64,000 nucleotides of DNA from Nitrososphaeria archaeon (GCA_029776065.1 JARVJP010000009.1:196514-260513), one strand, 5' to 3'. Numbered from the stretch's first letter, positions 18,960 to 29,203 are shown. Numbers and translations are program-made. The notes: generated from the sequence alone by a model not told the origin.

Positions 18960-19378
18960 ACTAATTCATTTAAGTTATCTGCTAAAAGTAGTCTTCCTTC
19001 CTTCCCATTTACAGCACAATATTTGCTAAAAATTGGAATTTTTTCATACCTTATTCCATCTATTAAAGGGATATTTGAAATTGCACAACCTGCAACTAGC
19101 ATCGAATCTGCTTTATAACAGATTATTGCTCTAGGTCCAACTCCTTTCCTACCTATTGTATAAATTATGTATGCGCCTACAGTACTTCCTACCGATTCAG
19201 TGATGTAAAGAATTTTTTCCGATATCTTCTTCTTGTATAAATCACTCTTAGGATCAATCACTATTCCCGTATTCTTATCTATACCACCTAAAAAGGAGAG
19301 CGTATTTTTTGAAATCAAAATTTCCCCCATCGCCACTCCTTCAACTATTCCCCTACCTTTAAGTTGCAAAAGTACCAT
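18929..19378 (-). CDS. Phosphomevalonate dehydratase small subunit (AcnX swivel domain, DUF126)
   Basis: 149 aa, glycine-rich N-terminus (GRGIVEGVAMGE…GGID…). Paired with the upstream DUF521 gene. Confidence 0.55.
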   Translation of the reverse strand: MVLLQLKGRGIVEGVAMGEILISKNTLSFLGGIDKNTGIVIDPKSDLYKKKISEKILYITESVGSTVGAYIIYTIGRKGVGPRAIICYKADSMLVAGCAISNIPLIDGIRYEKIPIFSKYCAVNGKEGRLLLADNLNELVQTESLDIKS

Positions 19379-19381
19379 AAT

Positions 19382-20497
19382 TTACTCTGTCTCCTCTTTG
19401 ATGATTTTCTGAATTGGTTTTAAGTTAACTCTGATGTTTCTCAATCTATAGTAGTGCGCAGCTTTTACTGAATCTGTTATTATAGATTTTATCCCCTTTT
19501 CTTTAAGCAAAGGTGAAAATATAGGACAGGCATTCTTAAAGAGGAATATCCTCCTTTTATTCAAGGTTTCTTTACCAAACCTCGTTATTAGCTCATTTTG
19601 TGCCCTCTTGTTGCAAGCTATCAAACAGTCCTTTCTAAGATTTCGTTGACCCATTTTACGCACAAAATTTTCAATTTCATTGTGATTCCAATGCGGGCAT
19701 CCTAAAATAATTATTTCACCTGAATTTGCTGTACAAAGTTCGTTAAACTCTTTTTTTATATCTTCTTTTTTAATTGAATATTCATTAGTTAAATATGCTT
19801 TGGTTTTAAAATAAGAAACATTGCCTACTGCACCTAAAGCTCCACAAAAACTTTTTTTCATGATAGAATCCATTTCATTTCTCATCTTTACTGAGAAAGG
19901 TCTATCAACTAGTTTGGAAATATAATATGCATAGATCCCTGCCTCAACCTCGTTCCTAACGTCCTTAAGATCAAATTTCATAACCGTCCTTCTGTTTATT
20001 TGGCTATGTAGCCCCGAATTTATTGTCTCCCCTAATATAGCACTTGCAAGAGCACTTAACGCACTCTCTTTATTAGTGAATATACCTAAAAAAGAATTTG
20101 CATAGACTGCAGCAGAAGACTCTGCCCAAGCAACATGAGAATTTTTAATGGGTATTTGAAAATAATCAAAGGGCGCACAAGTAAAAGAATCAGTCACACC
20201 TAGTCTTAGAAAGGCGTCCATAATTTCCCTTTGCCTCTTTAAGAACTTGTCATTTATCCCAAATATGTTATCGTATATATCTGCCCCCATAGGGTTCACA
20301 GTGGTATAGACAGCAACCTTCCCTTCCTTTAAAATTTCATTTATAAAATACAAACCTTCTTCTCCTATGTTTTCATAAGAAACTCCTGACAGATGTGCAC
20401 TTGAAATTGGTATACGTTCTGATTGGTCATAAAATTTTGAAAGAGCTTTAAAAATTCTTTCAGCTACCTCCTTTGAATACGTCATATCTCTCACCAA
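19382..20497 (-). CDS. Phosphomevalonate dehydratase large subunit (AcnX/aconitase-X catalytic domain, DUF521)
   Basis: 371 aa. Gene order UbiD-like - DUF521 - DUF126 matches the archaeal trans-anhydromevalonate-phosphate branch of the mevalonate pathway. Confidence 0.55.
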   Translation of the reverse strand: MVRDMTYSKEVAERIFKALSKFYDQSERIPISSAHLSGVSYENIGEEGLYFINEILKEGKVAVYTTVNPMGADIYDNIFGINDKFLKRQREIMDAFLRLGVTDSFTCAPFDYFQIPIKNSHVAWAESSAAVYANSFLGIFTNKESALSALASAILGETINSGLHSQINRRTVMKFDLKDVRNEVEAGIYAYYISKLVDRPFSVKMRNEMDSIMKKSFCGALGAVGNVSYFKTKAYLTNEYSIKKEDIKKEFNELCTANSGEIIILGCPHWNHNEIENFVRKMGQRNLRKDCLIACNKRAQNELITRFGKETLNKRRIFLFKNACPIFSPLLKEKGIKSIITDSVKAAHYYRLRNIRVNLKPIQKIIKEETE

Positions 20498-21777
20498 GTT
20501 TTTGCTCTCCTAAATTCTCCTCTCCTATTGTTTATTGATAATGTAGCATCGAATCCTATTTTTGAAGTAAAGCCTGTTTTAAATGAAGATGGATCTAAAC
20601 TTGAACCCTTCTCGTTATGGTGAACGATTAAGCCTCTATAAGCTTGAAATCGGGTTGCAAGTGCCCATTCAACCACCCTTAAATCAAAGGGGTCTATGTC
20701 TTCATCCACAACAATTATTAATTTAATTGGATGGTTTATTTTAAAGACTTCTTCAATAACTTTTTTCCCGTCATCCTCTTCCTTTTTCTTTATACTAATT
20801 ATACTATGAAAATATGAGCACCCTCCTTCAGTCATGTTAACTTTATTAACTTCTATTCCTTTTTCCCTCAGGTTTAACATCATTTTAATTTCCTGTGGTA
20901 ATCCCATGAAAAGCATGTGTTCTTTGCTAGCAGGTAGTAATGCATGGAAAATAAAATCCTTTTCAGGTCTAAGCATCTTTTCAAAAGATATTATAGGTTC
21001 CTCCCTTACTATATCATAAGTCCCTGTTATGTCTACAAATGGGCCTTCCTCAGCTCTTTCTTTTGTATTGATTTTTCCCAACAATACTAATTCAGTTCCT
21101 TTAGGTACTCTAAGTCCATTTTCCATTTCTACTAATTCCAATCCACCATTCATAAGACTGTTTGCTATCTCGTACTCTGACACACCATAATTTGCAGAGA
21201 GAGCTGCCGCAAGAAATAATATAGGGTGCACACCAAGCAATAAAGCAACGTTTACTTCTCCTTTACTACTTTCTAATATTTTGTGTAGATGTCGAGGTAA
21301 AATACGTATAACTCCTTGTCTTTCGTTTAAAATCATTATTCTATGGATGGATAAATTCTCCTTTCCAGATTCAGGAAATTTACTCACAATTATCGAAGAA
21401 GTTAGGTAATGACCACCATCTCCCTTGTAGTACTTTGGAATAGGAAGTTTACTTAGATCGGGTGTTTTCTCAATCCAACATTTTTTTCTTGTAACCTTTT
21501 CAGGTTTTTTCGGATTCAAAAAAGCATGAATTAAAAAATCAGATAAAAATGTCTGATCTACTTTAAGTGCTTGGCTTAAGGCTTGGCGTGTAGGGCAAAG
21601 ATTACCTATTATTGCAGTATCAGGATAACCTTTTATTTTCTTAAAAAGTACTGGAGTGCTTTGATTTTGATCAAGTATTCTTGGCACTTCAAAATTCTTA
21701 TCCACTTCCTCATCAACTCTCTTTATCTTGTTTTGCACTTCTAATTCTGACAAGTACTCTCTGTAACTGTTGTTCAT
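20491..21777 (-). CDS. UbiD-family decarboxylase (probable anhydromevalonate phosphate decarboxylase)
   Basis: 428 aa containing …EGPFVDITGTYD… and other UbiD-fold motifs. First gene of the three-gene operon. Confidence 0.6.
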   Translation of the reverse strand: MNNSYREYLSELEVQNKIKRVDEEVDKNFEVPRILDQNQSTPVLFKKIKGYPDTAIIGNLCPTRQALSQALKVDQTFLSDFLIHAFLNPKKPEKVTRKKCWIEKTPDLSKLPIPKYYKGDGGHYLTSSIIVSKFPESGKENLSIHRIMILNERQGVIRILPRHLHKILESSKGEVNVALLLGVHPILFLAAALSANYGVSEYEIANSLMNGGLELVEMENGLRVPKGTELVLLGKINTKERAEEGPFVDITGTYDIVREEPIISFEKMLRPEKDFIFHALLPASKEHMLFMGLPQEIKMMLNLREKGIEVNKVNMTEGGCSYFHSIISIKKKEEDDGKKVIEEVFKINHPIKLIIVVDEDIDPFDLRVVEWALATRFQAYRGLIVHHNEKGSSLDPSSFKTGFTSKIGFDATLSINNRRGEFRRAKTW

Positions 21778-21876
21778 CAGTCTTCCTCTTTGTTGGGTAC
21801 TCTTATTAAAATATAAATTAATTCTGTCTTTTAGAGGACTTTACTTGGCGGATAAATATTAATTTTCTATTTAATA

Positions 21877-23766
21877 ATGATGGCTACATACTTTCCTTAT
21901 GAAAAATATCGTGAAGGTCAGTTAGAGTTAATGGAACATGTTGAATCTTCGATAAAGAGTAGACAGAATTTGGTTATTGAAGCTATGAGTGGATTTGGCA
22001 AAACAGTAACGGTTTTGTCTGCTGCGTTAAATATTGCTGAGAGGTTAAATCTTTCTATTTTGTATTTATGTAGGACGAAAAGAGAAATAGATCGTGTAAT
22101 CGAGGAATCAAAGAAGATACAATCTAAAAGGCACTTCAACTTTTCTTTTATTATCTCTAAACATGATTTTTGTCTACTCTATTCGAATCAAAAGCTTGAT
22201 GCTTTTTCGATCAATACACTTTGTAAGTATTCTATTTTAAATAATCTTTGTAGCTATTGGACTAACTGTAGTTTCCTAGAACAATCTGTTATCTCATCCT
22301 TGTTTTCAAATATAAATAATTTAACTTCATATCTTTCCCAGTCAAAGATACTCCGAGTTTGTCCTTATGAGATCGCAAAACGACGCTTCTTCTCTTCAAA
22401 GCTAGTCATTTTGACATACAACTGCGTTTTTAATGATCCGATTTTTAATCAAACTGAACTATTTGTATCAGAACCTTCCAAGACAATAATCATCTTGGAC
22501 GAGGCTCATAATCTTTTTAGTACAATATCAGATCAATATTCGTTTAAAATAAATGAGATCGACATTGAAAACAGTATTGGGGAGGCCTATCAACTTGGTT
22601 TTATCGATTTAGGAAGACTATTAGAACGGCTGAGCGCACTATACAATAAGATATGTTTCTTAATTGATAAGGTATCTGCTCATGATCGGTCGTTAATAAA
22701 AAACGAGATAAAAAACTTCCCCTTCGAGGGAATCAGTATTTTACACAACCTCCTTTCTAAGTACATAAAGGGGACAGTAACTACATCACTTTCATACACT
22801 CCTTATGTAATCAAAAACTTTGCTAAAATCTATACGTTCCTAAACTATCTACTCTCTTATCTTTCTTATAAGAACATCTTTATGTTGGTTGAAACAAAGA
22901 AAAACTTTCCTACATTATTTTTCATAAATGTAGATCCAACCAATCAAATAGATTCGTTCTTGAAAAGATTTTGGTCTTACATAATGATGTCCGCTACTGT
23001 CGGCTCACCTAAAGTTCATTTTTCTCTCCTTAACATGGACCCTTTGAAAACAAAATTTTACTATGTTGAACCAAATTTTTTATCACAGAATATCTCCGTT
23101 ATAATTGATAAAGGAATAACAACTAAATATAAGCAAAGGAGTCAACAGCTCTTCAGAAAAATTGCTGAAAGAATATATAATGTTTCCAAATGCGTGCCTT
23201 ATAATATTGGTATTTTCTTTTCTTCTTATGCGGTTTTACTGCCCACACTAGAAGTCTTTTCTTCCTTTAAAGTTAATAGGCCAATCTTTAAGGAATCACC
23301 AGATTTGTCCTTAAAAGATGCTAATGAACTTTGTGAAAAATTTAAGGAAAGTAAGGAAAAGGGAGGAATTCTTTTTGGCGTTCAAGGTGGCCGTTTTTCC
23401 GAAGGAGAAAACTTCCTAAATGATGAAATGCGGGCTGTTGTCATCGTAGGCCTTTCTCTTCCCCCTCCAACAAAACGATTATTTATAACAATGAGCTACA
23501 TTAAAAAGAATTACCCTCAAAATGCTTTTCTGGTTGCTATGTTAGACCCTGCTGTAAAAAAGGCTGTTCAAGCGGCGGGTAGAATTACTAGAAGTAATCT
23601 TCCATCTATTGTTTTAATGTTAGATTCACGGTTTGGATCAAGCTTAGTACTTGAAATGCTTCCTAAATGGATGAAAAGAAGGCTTATACTAACTAATCTT
23701 GATGGGTGTTTATTAGAAAGGGCATTTACACAACTTTCTCCCCATTTTTATGAACAATCGAAATAG
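21877..23766 (+). CDS. XPD/Rad3-family SF2 DNA helicase (Fe-S domain)
   Basis: Motif I (EAMSGFGKT), DEAH (IILDEAHNL), and a four-cysteine cluster region (…CKYSILNNLCSYWTNC…). Confidence 0.65.
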   Translation: MMATYFPYEKYREGQLELMEHVESSIKSRQNLVIEAMSGFGKTVTVLSAALNIAERLNLSILYLCRTKREIDRVIEESKKIQSKRHFNFSFIISKHDFCLLYSNQKLDAFSINTLCKYSILNNLCSYWTNCSFLEQSVISSLFSNINNLTSYLSQSKILRVCPYEIAKRRFFSSKLVILTYNCVFNDPIFNQTELFVSEPSKTIIILDEAHNLFSTISDQYSFKINEIDIENSIGEAYQLGFIDLGRLLERLSALYNKICFLIDKVSAHDRSLIKNEIKNFPFEGISILHNLLSKYIKGTVTTSLSYTPYVIKNFAKIYTFLNYLLSYLSYKNIFMLVETKKNFPTLFFINVDPTNQIDSFLKRFWSYIMMSATVGSPKVHFSLLNMDPLKTKFYYVEPNFLSQNISVIIDKGITTKYKQRSQQLFRKIAERIYNVSKCVPYNIGIFFSSYAVLLPTLEVFSSFKVNRPIFKESPDLSLKDANELCEKFKESKEKGGILFGVQGGRFSEGENFLNDEMRAVVIVGLSLPPPTKRLFITMSYIKKNYPQNAFLVAMLDPAVKKAVQAAGRITRSNLPSIVLMLDSRFGSSLVLEMLPKWMKRRLILTNLDGCLLERAFTQLSPHFYEQSK

Positions 23767-24343
23767 CTGAAATCCTATCCTTTTCCTTTCCCTGATTTTT
23801 TTTCATTTTTGCAGAAATAGTTGTTCTCTGTTCATTTACAAAATATATATCGAGGTCTTCAAATCTAGTTTTTAAAACTTTTTTAAGTTCCTCCGCAATT
23901 TTAAGGTTTCCTGACCCTATTTTAACAATCTTTTTACCATTTCCAATTTTACTTAATATTTTTACAATATAAAGTATTGCGTCTTCCCAAGGAGAAATAA
24001 CTTCATTTAATATTAACTTTTTTCCTAAGTAAACCGCAATACCAGTTCTTTTACCAGGATCGACGCCTAAAGATAAACAGCTCTTTTCCTTTCCAAAAAT
24101 TTTTGTAATTATTATAGCAAAGTCGGTTATTGGATCATAGGTAATGTTTTTCGTTTGAATAACTTTTTCATTATTATATTGATCTGATATGATAACATCG
24201 GAATCAGCAACGTCTTCTTCCTTTAAAATTGCATAACTGACATTTCTACTTCTTAAAACTTCTAAGATGTAATAAACTGTTCCATATTCAACCTTATCAA
24301 AGTATATTTTAATACCCAGTGAAGATTTATTTATTCCAACCAT
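23726..24343 (-). CDS. Hypothetical protein with RNase-H-like (YqgF/RuvC-like) motif
   Basis: …LSLGVDPGKRTGIAVY… resembles the first catalytic strand of RuvC/YqgF-fold nucleases. Otherwise unassignable. Confidence 0.3.
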   Translation of the reverse strand: MVGINKSSLGIKIYFDKVEYGTVYYILEVLRSRNVSYAILKEEDVADSDVIISDQYNNEKVIQTKNITYDPITDFAIIITKIFGKEKSCLSLGVDPGKRTGIAVYLGKKLILNEVISPWEDAILYIVKILSKIGNGKKIVKIGSGNLKIAEELKKVLKTRFEDLDIYFVNEQRTTISAKMKKNQGKEKDRISAISIVHKNGEKVV

Positions 24344-24361
24344 CTACCTCTCTTTACCTCT

Positions 24362-24841
24362 ATGCCAAAAAATCTTCAAACTATAAATATTAATAGTTTA
24401 TTAAAAAATCCTCCAATTACTACCTTAATTATCTATAATGACGATTCAGAAAAGCTACCGTTTATAAATAATATAATCAGATTTTCCTCCACTAAAAAAA
24501 AGCAGATAGTTTATCTCGACGCCTTTTCTATATTTTTAAGCCCAGAAAAAAAACTAGAAAATATGATCGTGATTTTTCCTAACGATATCCCTTTAAACAA
24601 TTTATTTTCAATAATGATGAACCTTTTTAAGGGGTCAATCGTAGTAATAGACTCCTATCCACAAATAATTAACATCTACTTTAGAGAAGAAAACAAGGCA
24701 GATCGATTATTCCTATACTTTCTTTCTAAAATGAAGCATACCCTACATTTACTTATATTGGTAAAAGTTGTTTCTAAAGACAAATTACCCGCATACCCTA
24801 TTTTTAATAAATTTCTTTATGATAAACTTTTGGTTTGTTAA
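24362..24841 (+). CDS. Hypothetical protein
   Basis: 159-aa ORF with no recognisable motif. Confidence 0.3.
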   Translation: MPKNLQTININSLLKNPPITTLIIYNDDSEKLPFINNIIRFSSTKKKQIVYLDAFSIFLSPEKKLENMIVIFPNDIPLNNLFSIMMNLFKGSIVVIDSYPQIINIYFREENKADRLFLYFLSKMKHTLHLLILVKVVSKDKLPAYPIFNKFLYDKLLVC

Positions 24842-24848
24842 AATCCCT

Positions 24849-25256
24849 TTAAATCAAGTATTTCTCGTAAAGGAACCATGTTCCTATTATTGTTGATAAA
24901 ATAAGTAGTATCACACCTGAAATAAAATAAAGACGCGCTGTTCTTTTGTTAAAGTTATTAGCACCTCGATAAAGTAAATAAACGCCAAAACTTCCAAATA
25001 TAAAATTAAAAAAAGCAATTGTGAATTCTGTCCATGTTTGATAGTCTTTGTATGGTGAAAATATCACCGTCGATGGAAGTTTACCTGATTCAAGGATCGT
25101 ATTAACTATTCCACCAAAGTAAATAGCAAAGTAAAGAAATACAATAATAAATAAAAAATTTTTTTTGAGTAGATCGAATTTAAAGGTTCTTCCGATCTTT
25201 ACCCATATCTGTGAAGTTCTAAAGAGCAAACCATCAATTTTTTTCTTTATGTTCAT
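24849..25256 (-). CDS. Hypothetical membrane protein (3-4 TM)
   Basis: 135 aa, hydrophobic segments. Confidence 0.35.
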   Translation of the reverse strand: MNIKKKIDGLLFRTSQIWVKIGRTFKFDLLKKNFLFIIVFLYFAIYFGGIVNTILESGKLPSTVIFSPYKDYQTWTEFTIAFFNFIFGSFGVYLLYRGANNFNKRTARLYFISGVILLILSTIIGTWFLYEKYLI

Positions 25257-25501
25257 ACGTTTGAACCTTCCATTTTTTCAGTTATTAAGTATTTAGCAAC
25301 CTCCTGCACCCATATACCATTCTCTTCATTTTTGATCAACTTCTCCAAGTATTCTTTCCAATTAAGATTCTCATACGCGTCTTTCCATGTTTGGAAATTC
25401 TTCTCTATATTAAGTAGAGCTAAAAAATGATAATTACAGAAATTATCATGTTTTTCCACTTTTCTTTTACAGATAGCACATATTTTATTATTTTTTTTCA
25501 T
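25253..25501 (-). CDS. Small Cys/His-containing hypothetical protein
   Basis: 82 aa with CAICKRKVEKHDNFCNYH (zinc-finger-like). Start overlaps the downstream gene (ATGA). Confidence 0.35.
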   Translation of the reverse strand: MKKNNKICAICKRKVEKHDNFCNYHFLALLNIEKNFQTWKDAYENLNWKEYLEKLIKNEENGIWVQEVAKYLITEKMEGSNV

Positions 25502-25507
25502 TTTTAA

Positions 25508-27628
25508 TCACTTTTTTCTGTTACATTTAATATTTGTACATAATTTCCAAGGCCTTCTCTTTCCTTTAACAATTATAATAGGCCATCCACATGTACTGCA
25601 TGTTTTGCCAGTGTTTTGTATGACCCCACTTTGTGGTAAAGGTGAAGATGCGCGACAACCATTTTTGTAGTTTGTACATCCAATAAACCTTTTTCCATTG
25701 TTTTTGTTTCTAATTATTATTAAGTTTCCATCCTTGCATTGAGGACACTTTCCTAAAATACTTTTTTCATAAAAAGTTTCTCTCAAAGCCTGTTCCAAAT
25801 CTTGTCCTACATCTTCTATGTTGAGCATTAAATCATTGATAGCTTGTAAAGTAAAGTAAAAAGTGTCTTCTAAAACTTCATTAAAAATATCGTTTCCATT
25901 CTCAATATCTTCAAGCTTTCTTTCTAGATCTCGAGTTAACTCTGTTGAAATTATCTTATTTGAATATCTAGAAAGTATTTGTATGATTTGAAATCCTAAA
26001 TTAGTTGGAGTTATACTATCTCCCATTATATACCCTCTCTTATAAAGTGTTTCTATAATTTCTGCTCTTGTTGATTTTGTTCCTAAATTTTCTTCTTCCA
26101 TTTTTTCTAATAAACTTCCATAATTATATCTAGGTGGCCTTTTGTTGAATTTTTCATTAACTATAACATTCTCTATTAAGACTTTATCGCCTACTTCTAA
26201 CGGAGGAAGTGCGCGTTCTTCACGTTCAGAATATTTTTCATAAAATACAAGCCATCCTAAATATAAGTTTCTTCCTCCACTAACTTTCCAAAAATATTTA
26301 TTCCCCACTTTAATAGAAAGTTGCATTCTTTCTTTGAACGCATTATCTCCAAAGACAGAAAAAAATCTTCTAACAATTAGATCATAAAGTTTTTTTTGAC
26401 GGCCATCTATCTCAATTGGAGGAATTTCTCCAGTTGGATATATACTTGGGTGAGCTGGATCATACTTCTCTCCTTCCTTTGGCACAAGTTTTGTTTTCAT
26501 CAAAATTGCTGCCTCTTTTTGGTATTCAGTCTGCCTCCCAAGTTCCTTTATTATTTTAAAGTAATTTATAGACGCTGGTAATTTTTGGCTATTTGTTCTT
26601 GGATAAGATATTAAGGCATTTAAGTAAAGTCTTTCTGCTATGCTTAATGTTAAACTGGGTGAAAACCCAAACAATCTAAATGCATCTTTCTGTAAGTCAC
26701 CTATGTTGAAAGGCGTCGGTGGAACGATTTGTACAGTCATCTTCCTTAATTGATCCACAACTCCCTCTTTGCCTTCGTTTTCTTCTTTAATTAGTAAAGC
26801 CTCTGATTGTGTATCGATTTTATCTTTTAAATATTCAGCATAGAATTTTCCATTGCTGGAATTGACGAATGCTTTCACCGTCCAATAAGGTTTTGTGACA
26901 AAAGACCTAATTTCAATTTCTCGGTCCACAATAAATTTTAACGTTGGCCCTTGGACTCGTCCAGTACTTATTGCTCTAACATTATTAGTTGAATGCTGTA
27001 AAGCAGAAAGTAGAACCCTTGAAAGATTAATTCCCCATATGTAATCAATTATATGTCTAGTTACTCCTGCTCTAACCAAACTAAAATCAACTCCTACTTT
27101 AAGGTGATCAAAAGCGTTAGAAACTTCCTCTTTTGTTAAAGTAGAGAATTTTGCTCTAAATACTTTCGAAGACTCAGCTTTACAACCATATCTTAATATG
27201 TTGTGCCCTATAACGCTTCCTTCAACGTCATAGTCACATGCATTTACGAATTTGCCAGCATTATTTGAAAGTGTCAATATCGCCTTTATTTTATTTGAAA
27301 TGTAATTCTTCCTCTTTTCTAGAACGTTTAAAGGATACCATGTCAAGTCAAAAATCGGAAAAACATCCCTCTTTTCTCTCGTCGTACCCAAGTTATATAA
27401 ATGGCCAACTGCTGAGCAAATAATATACTCCTCAGAGCCTCTTTTAACACGATGCACCGGGGAGTTCAATATATTAAAAGTGGTCACTTTCTCTCCAAGT
27501 GCATTAGCTATCCTTTTTGCCGCATCAGCTTTTTCACAAATCACTAAAGTGTACTTGGAAACACTATTTGCTTTTTTTGTCAAATAAGTAAAGTCCTTAT
27601 AATATTCCTTATAAAGAGTTTTATTCAA
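25508..27628 (-). CDS. topA: DNA topoisomerase I (type IA) with C-terminal zinc ribbons
   Basis: N-terminal Toprim (…LVICEKADAAKRIA…). Type IA core. C-terminus …CPQCKDGNLIII…GCTNYKNGC…CSTCGWPII…. Confidence 0.8.
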   Translation of the reverse strand: MNKTLYKEYYKDFTYLTKKANSVSKYTLVICEKADAAKRIANALGEKVTTFNILNSPVHRVKRGSEEYIICSAVGHLYNLGTTREKRDVFPIFDLTWYPLNVLEKRKNYISNKIKAILTLSNNAGKFVNACDYDVEGSVIGHNILRYGCKAESSKVFRAKFSTLTKEEVSNAFDHLKVGVDFSLVRAGVTRHIIDYIWGINLSRVLLSALQHSTNNVRAISTGRVQGPTLKFIVDREIEIRSFVTKPYWTVKAFVNSSNGKFYAEYLKDKIDTQSEALLIKEENEGKEGVVDQLRKMTVQIVPPTPFNIGDLQKDAFRLFGFSPSLTLSIAERLYLNALISYPRTNSQKLPASINYFKIIKELGRQTEYQKEAAILMKTKLVPKEGEKYDPAHPSIYPTGEIPPIEIDGRQKKLYDLIVRRFFSVFGDNAFKERMQLSIKVGNKYFWKVSGGRNLYLGWLVFYEKYSEREERALPPLEVGDKVLIENVIVNEKFNKRPPRYNYGSLLEKMEEENLGTKSTRAEIIETLYKRGYIMGDSITPTNLGFQIIQILSRYSNKIISTELTRDLERKLEDIENGNDIFNEVLEDTFYFTLQAINDLMLNIEDVGQDLEQALRETFYEKSILGKCPQCKDGNLIIIRNKNNGKRFIGCTNYKNGCRASSPLPQSGVIQNTGKTCSTCGWPIIIVKGKRRPWKLCTNIKCNRKK

Positions 27629-27925
27629 GTCTTTCTTAACCTATTTAAGTTGATCGAGATAACTTGTCAAAATTGTAAACATAAAATATATTATAATGAA
27701 AATCTTAAATCTATTTATTCTATATTAAGATTATACAACTTTCAATGCCCTAACTGCAAATCCAAGTTATTAAAAGAATATCAAGTAGCTGTGTCCAAAG
27801 GAAAGGAGACTTGAACTTCCTTAATTAAAGCACAAAGCCTTCCCATAAAATCTAACCTTTAAAATTAATTTTAAATGTTTATAAAATAACAAAAAAACTT
27901 ATTTGACTGCTAAAAGAATCTTCGT

Positions 27926-28336
27926 TTGAGGAACATGTCAAGTTATATTGTCCCTGAAGATTTGAGGTATAGTAAAGACCATGAATGGGTTCGAATTGAA
28001 GGCAGTATTGCAATTGTTGGAATAACAGATTACGCTGTAAAATCATTACATGACATTGTCTACGTGTCGTTACCAAAAATTGGTTCTACAATTCCAAAAG
28101 GACTTGTCGCTGCTACAGTTGAATCAATCAAAGCAGTATCCGAAGTGTACAATCCAATAAGTGGAACAGTCATAGAAGTGAATAAGGATTTAGAAACTAG
28201 TCCAGAGAAAATTAACGAGTCCCCATATGAAGCAGGATGGTTGTTTAAATTAAATCCAACCAATCTTAAAGAGGACATTGAAAAATTATTTTCTTCCAAG
28301 CAATACTTAGAATACTTGTCATCTTTAAAAAAGTGA
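27926..28336 (+). CDS. gcvH: Glycine cleavage system H protein / lipoyl-carrier
   Basis: …YSKDHEWVRIEGSIAIVGITDYAV…ESIKAVSEVYNPISG…. 136 aa. Confidence 0.8.
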   Translation: MRNMSSYIVPEDLRYSKDHEWVRIEGSIAIVGITDYAVKSLHDIVYVSLPKIGSTIPKGLVAATVESIKAVSEVYNPISGTVIEVNKDLETSPEKINESPYEAGWLFKLNPTNLKEDIEKLFSSKQYLEYLSSLKK

Positions 28337-28349
28337 CCCTTCAAAAAGT

Positions 28350-28638
28350 GAACATAGGCCGGCTATAACCCTTCTTTGGTGTTGATGGCATTCGACTATG
28401 CGGCCTACCCGGGCTTCGAGTAAAGGCACATCGCCCTATTTGGCCTTGCTCCGCGTGGGTCGGCCGTTTCACCCAAATGCTAGACATACTCAAAGATTAT
28501 CATAGACATCTGTCTAGACTGGTATCGTTTCTGTTCCGTTGCCAACGGTCTCCCATTGTGCTTCTCAGCACCACGCTTTTACTAGGAGGAAGGAGTTTCC
28601 ATAGGATTTCTCCCATAACCATCTGCCGGCGTATGTTC
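28350..28638 (-). ncRNA. rnpB: RNase P RNA (candidate; structured GC-rich RNA with paired termini)
   Basis: About 289 nt, much more GC-rich than the flanks. The ends are perfect inverted complements (gaacataggccggc … gccggcgtatgttc; P1). On the minus strand: GGAAACUCCUUCC near the 5' end (cf. the P4 GGAAAGUCC motif) can pair with GAAGGGUU near the 3' end leaving one bulged U. GGGUGAAACGGCCGACC matches CR-II (GGGUGAAA). ACACCAAAGAAGGGUUAU resembles the 3' P4 strand. Confidence 0.6.
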
Positions 28639-28663
28639 GATTATAGTTTTTAAATATCCCTTT

Positions 28664-29203
28664 TTAACTTTTTTCTCTTTGACTTTTTAAGAAATCGTTT
28701 TGAATTTGAACTACTTCTTTGGAACTACTCGCCATGGAATATGCTTCTAGCAACTCTTGATTTAGTTTTAATGAATTAAGTCCCCAAGAAAATATCTTTA
28801 GCAACTTTTGGGCTTCATCCTTAAATCCTATTATAAATAATGAAAAAGCTAAAGCCTCTACTGTACTTAGTTTAGTAGGCGTACCATAATTTATAGGGTT
28901 GCCTGCTACTAAATAAGGTAAAGAACGAGGCTCATACCTTTGACAGTAATTACTTAGCTTTTCCTCAGATATCTTTTTCCAACTTCCATCAAGAGCAACT
29001 ATTCCCTTTCGTTCTATAATTTTTCTATCCTCTTTGGATAGTGCCTTTTTAACATAAGGATTTAGAAATACAGCTCCATAACTTTTTCTATCTCTTTCAC
29101 TTATAAATTTTGCTAACTTAAATCTTCTCAACTTACTAGAGGTACACTTTTTTGGATCACACTCCCTTAAATGTATGATATATATGTTGACTGAGGCCAT
29201 CAT
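28664..29203 (-). CDS. Tsr3-like rRNA aminocarboxypropyltransferase (DUF367)
   Basis: …YIIHLRECDPKKCTSSKL… and …VALDGSW… resemble the Tsr3/DUF367 fold. Confidence 0.5.
   Translation of the reverse strand: MMASVNIYIIHLRECDPKKCTSSKLRRFKLAKFISERDRKSYGAVFLNPYVKKALSKEDRKIIERKGIVALDGSWKKISEEKLSNYCQRYEPRSLPYLVAGNPINYGTPTKLSTVEALAFSLFIIGFKDEAQKLLKIFSWGLNSLKLNQELLEAYSMASSSKEVVQIQNDFLKSQREKS

Noticed and set aside
28344-28643. Archaeal SRP (7S) RNA as the identity of the GC-rich structured RNA
   Set aside because: Terminal pairing and size fit either SRP or RNase P RNA. However, the conserved SRP helix-8 motif (GGAAGG.AGCA / GNAR loop context) was not found. P4-like bulged-U pairing and a CR-II-like GGGUGAAA block were found on the minus strand. 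RNase P RNA is therefore preferred, with uncertainty stated.
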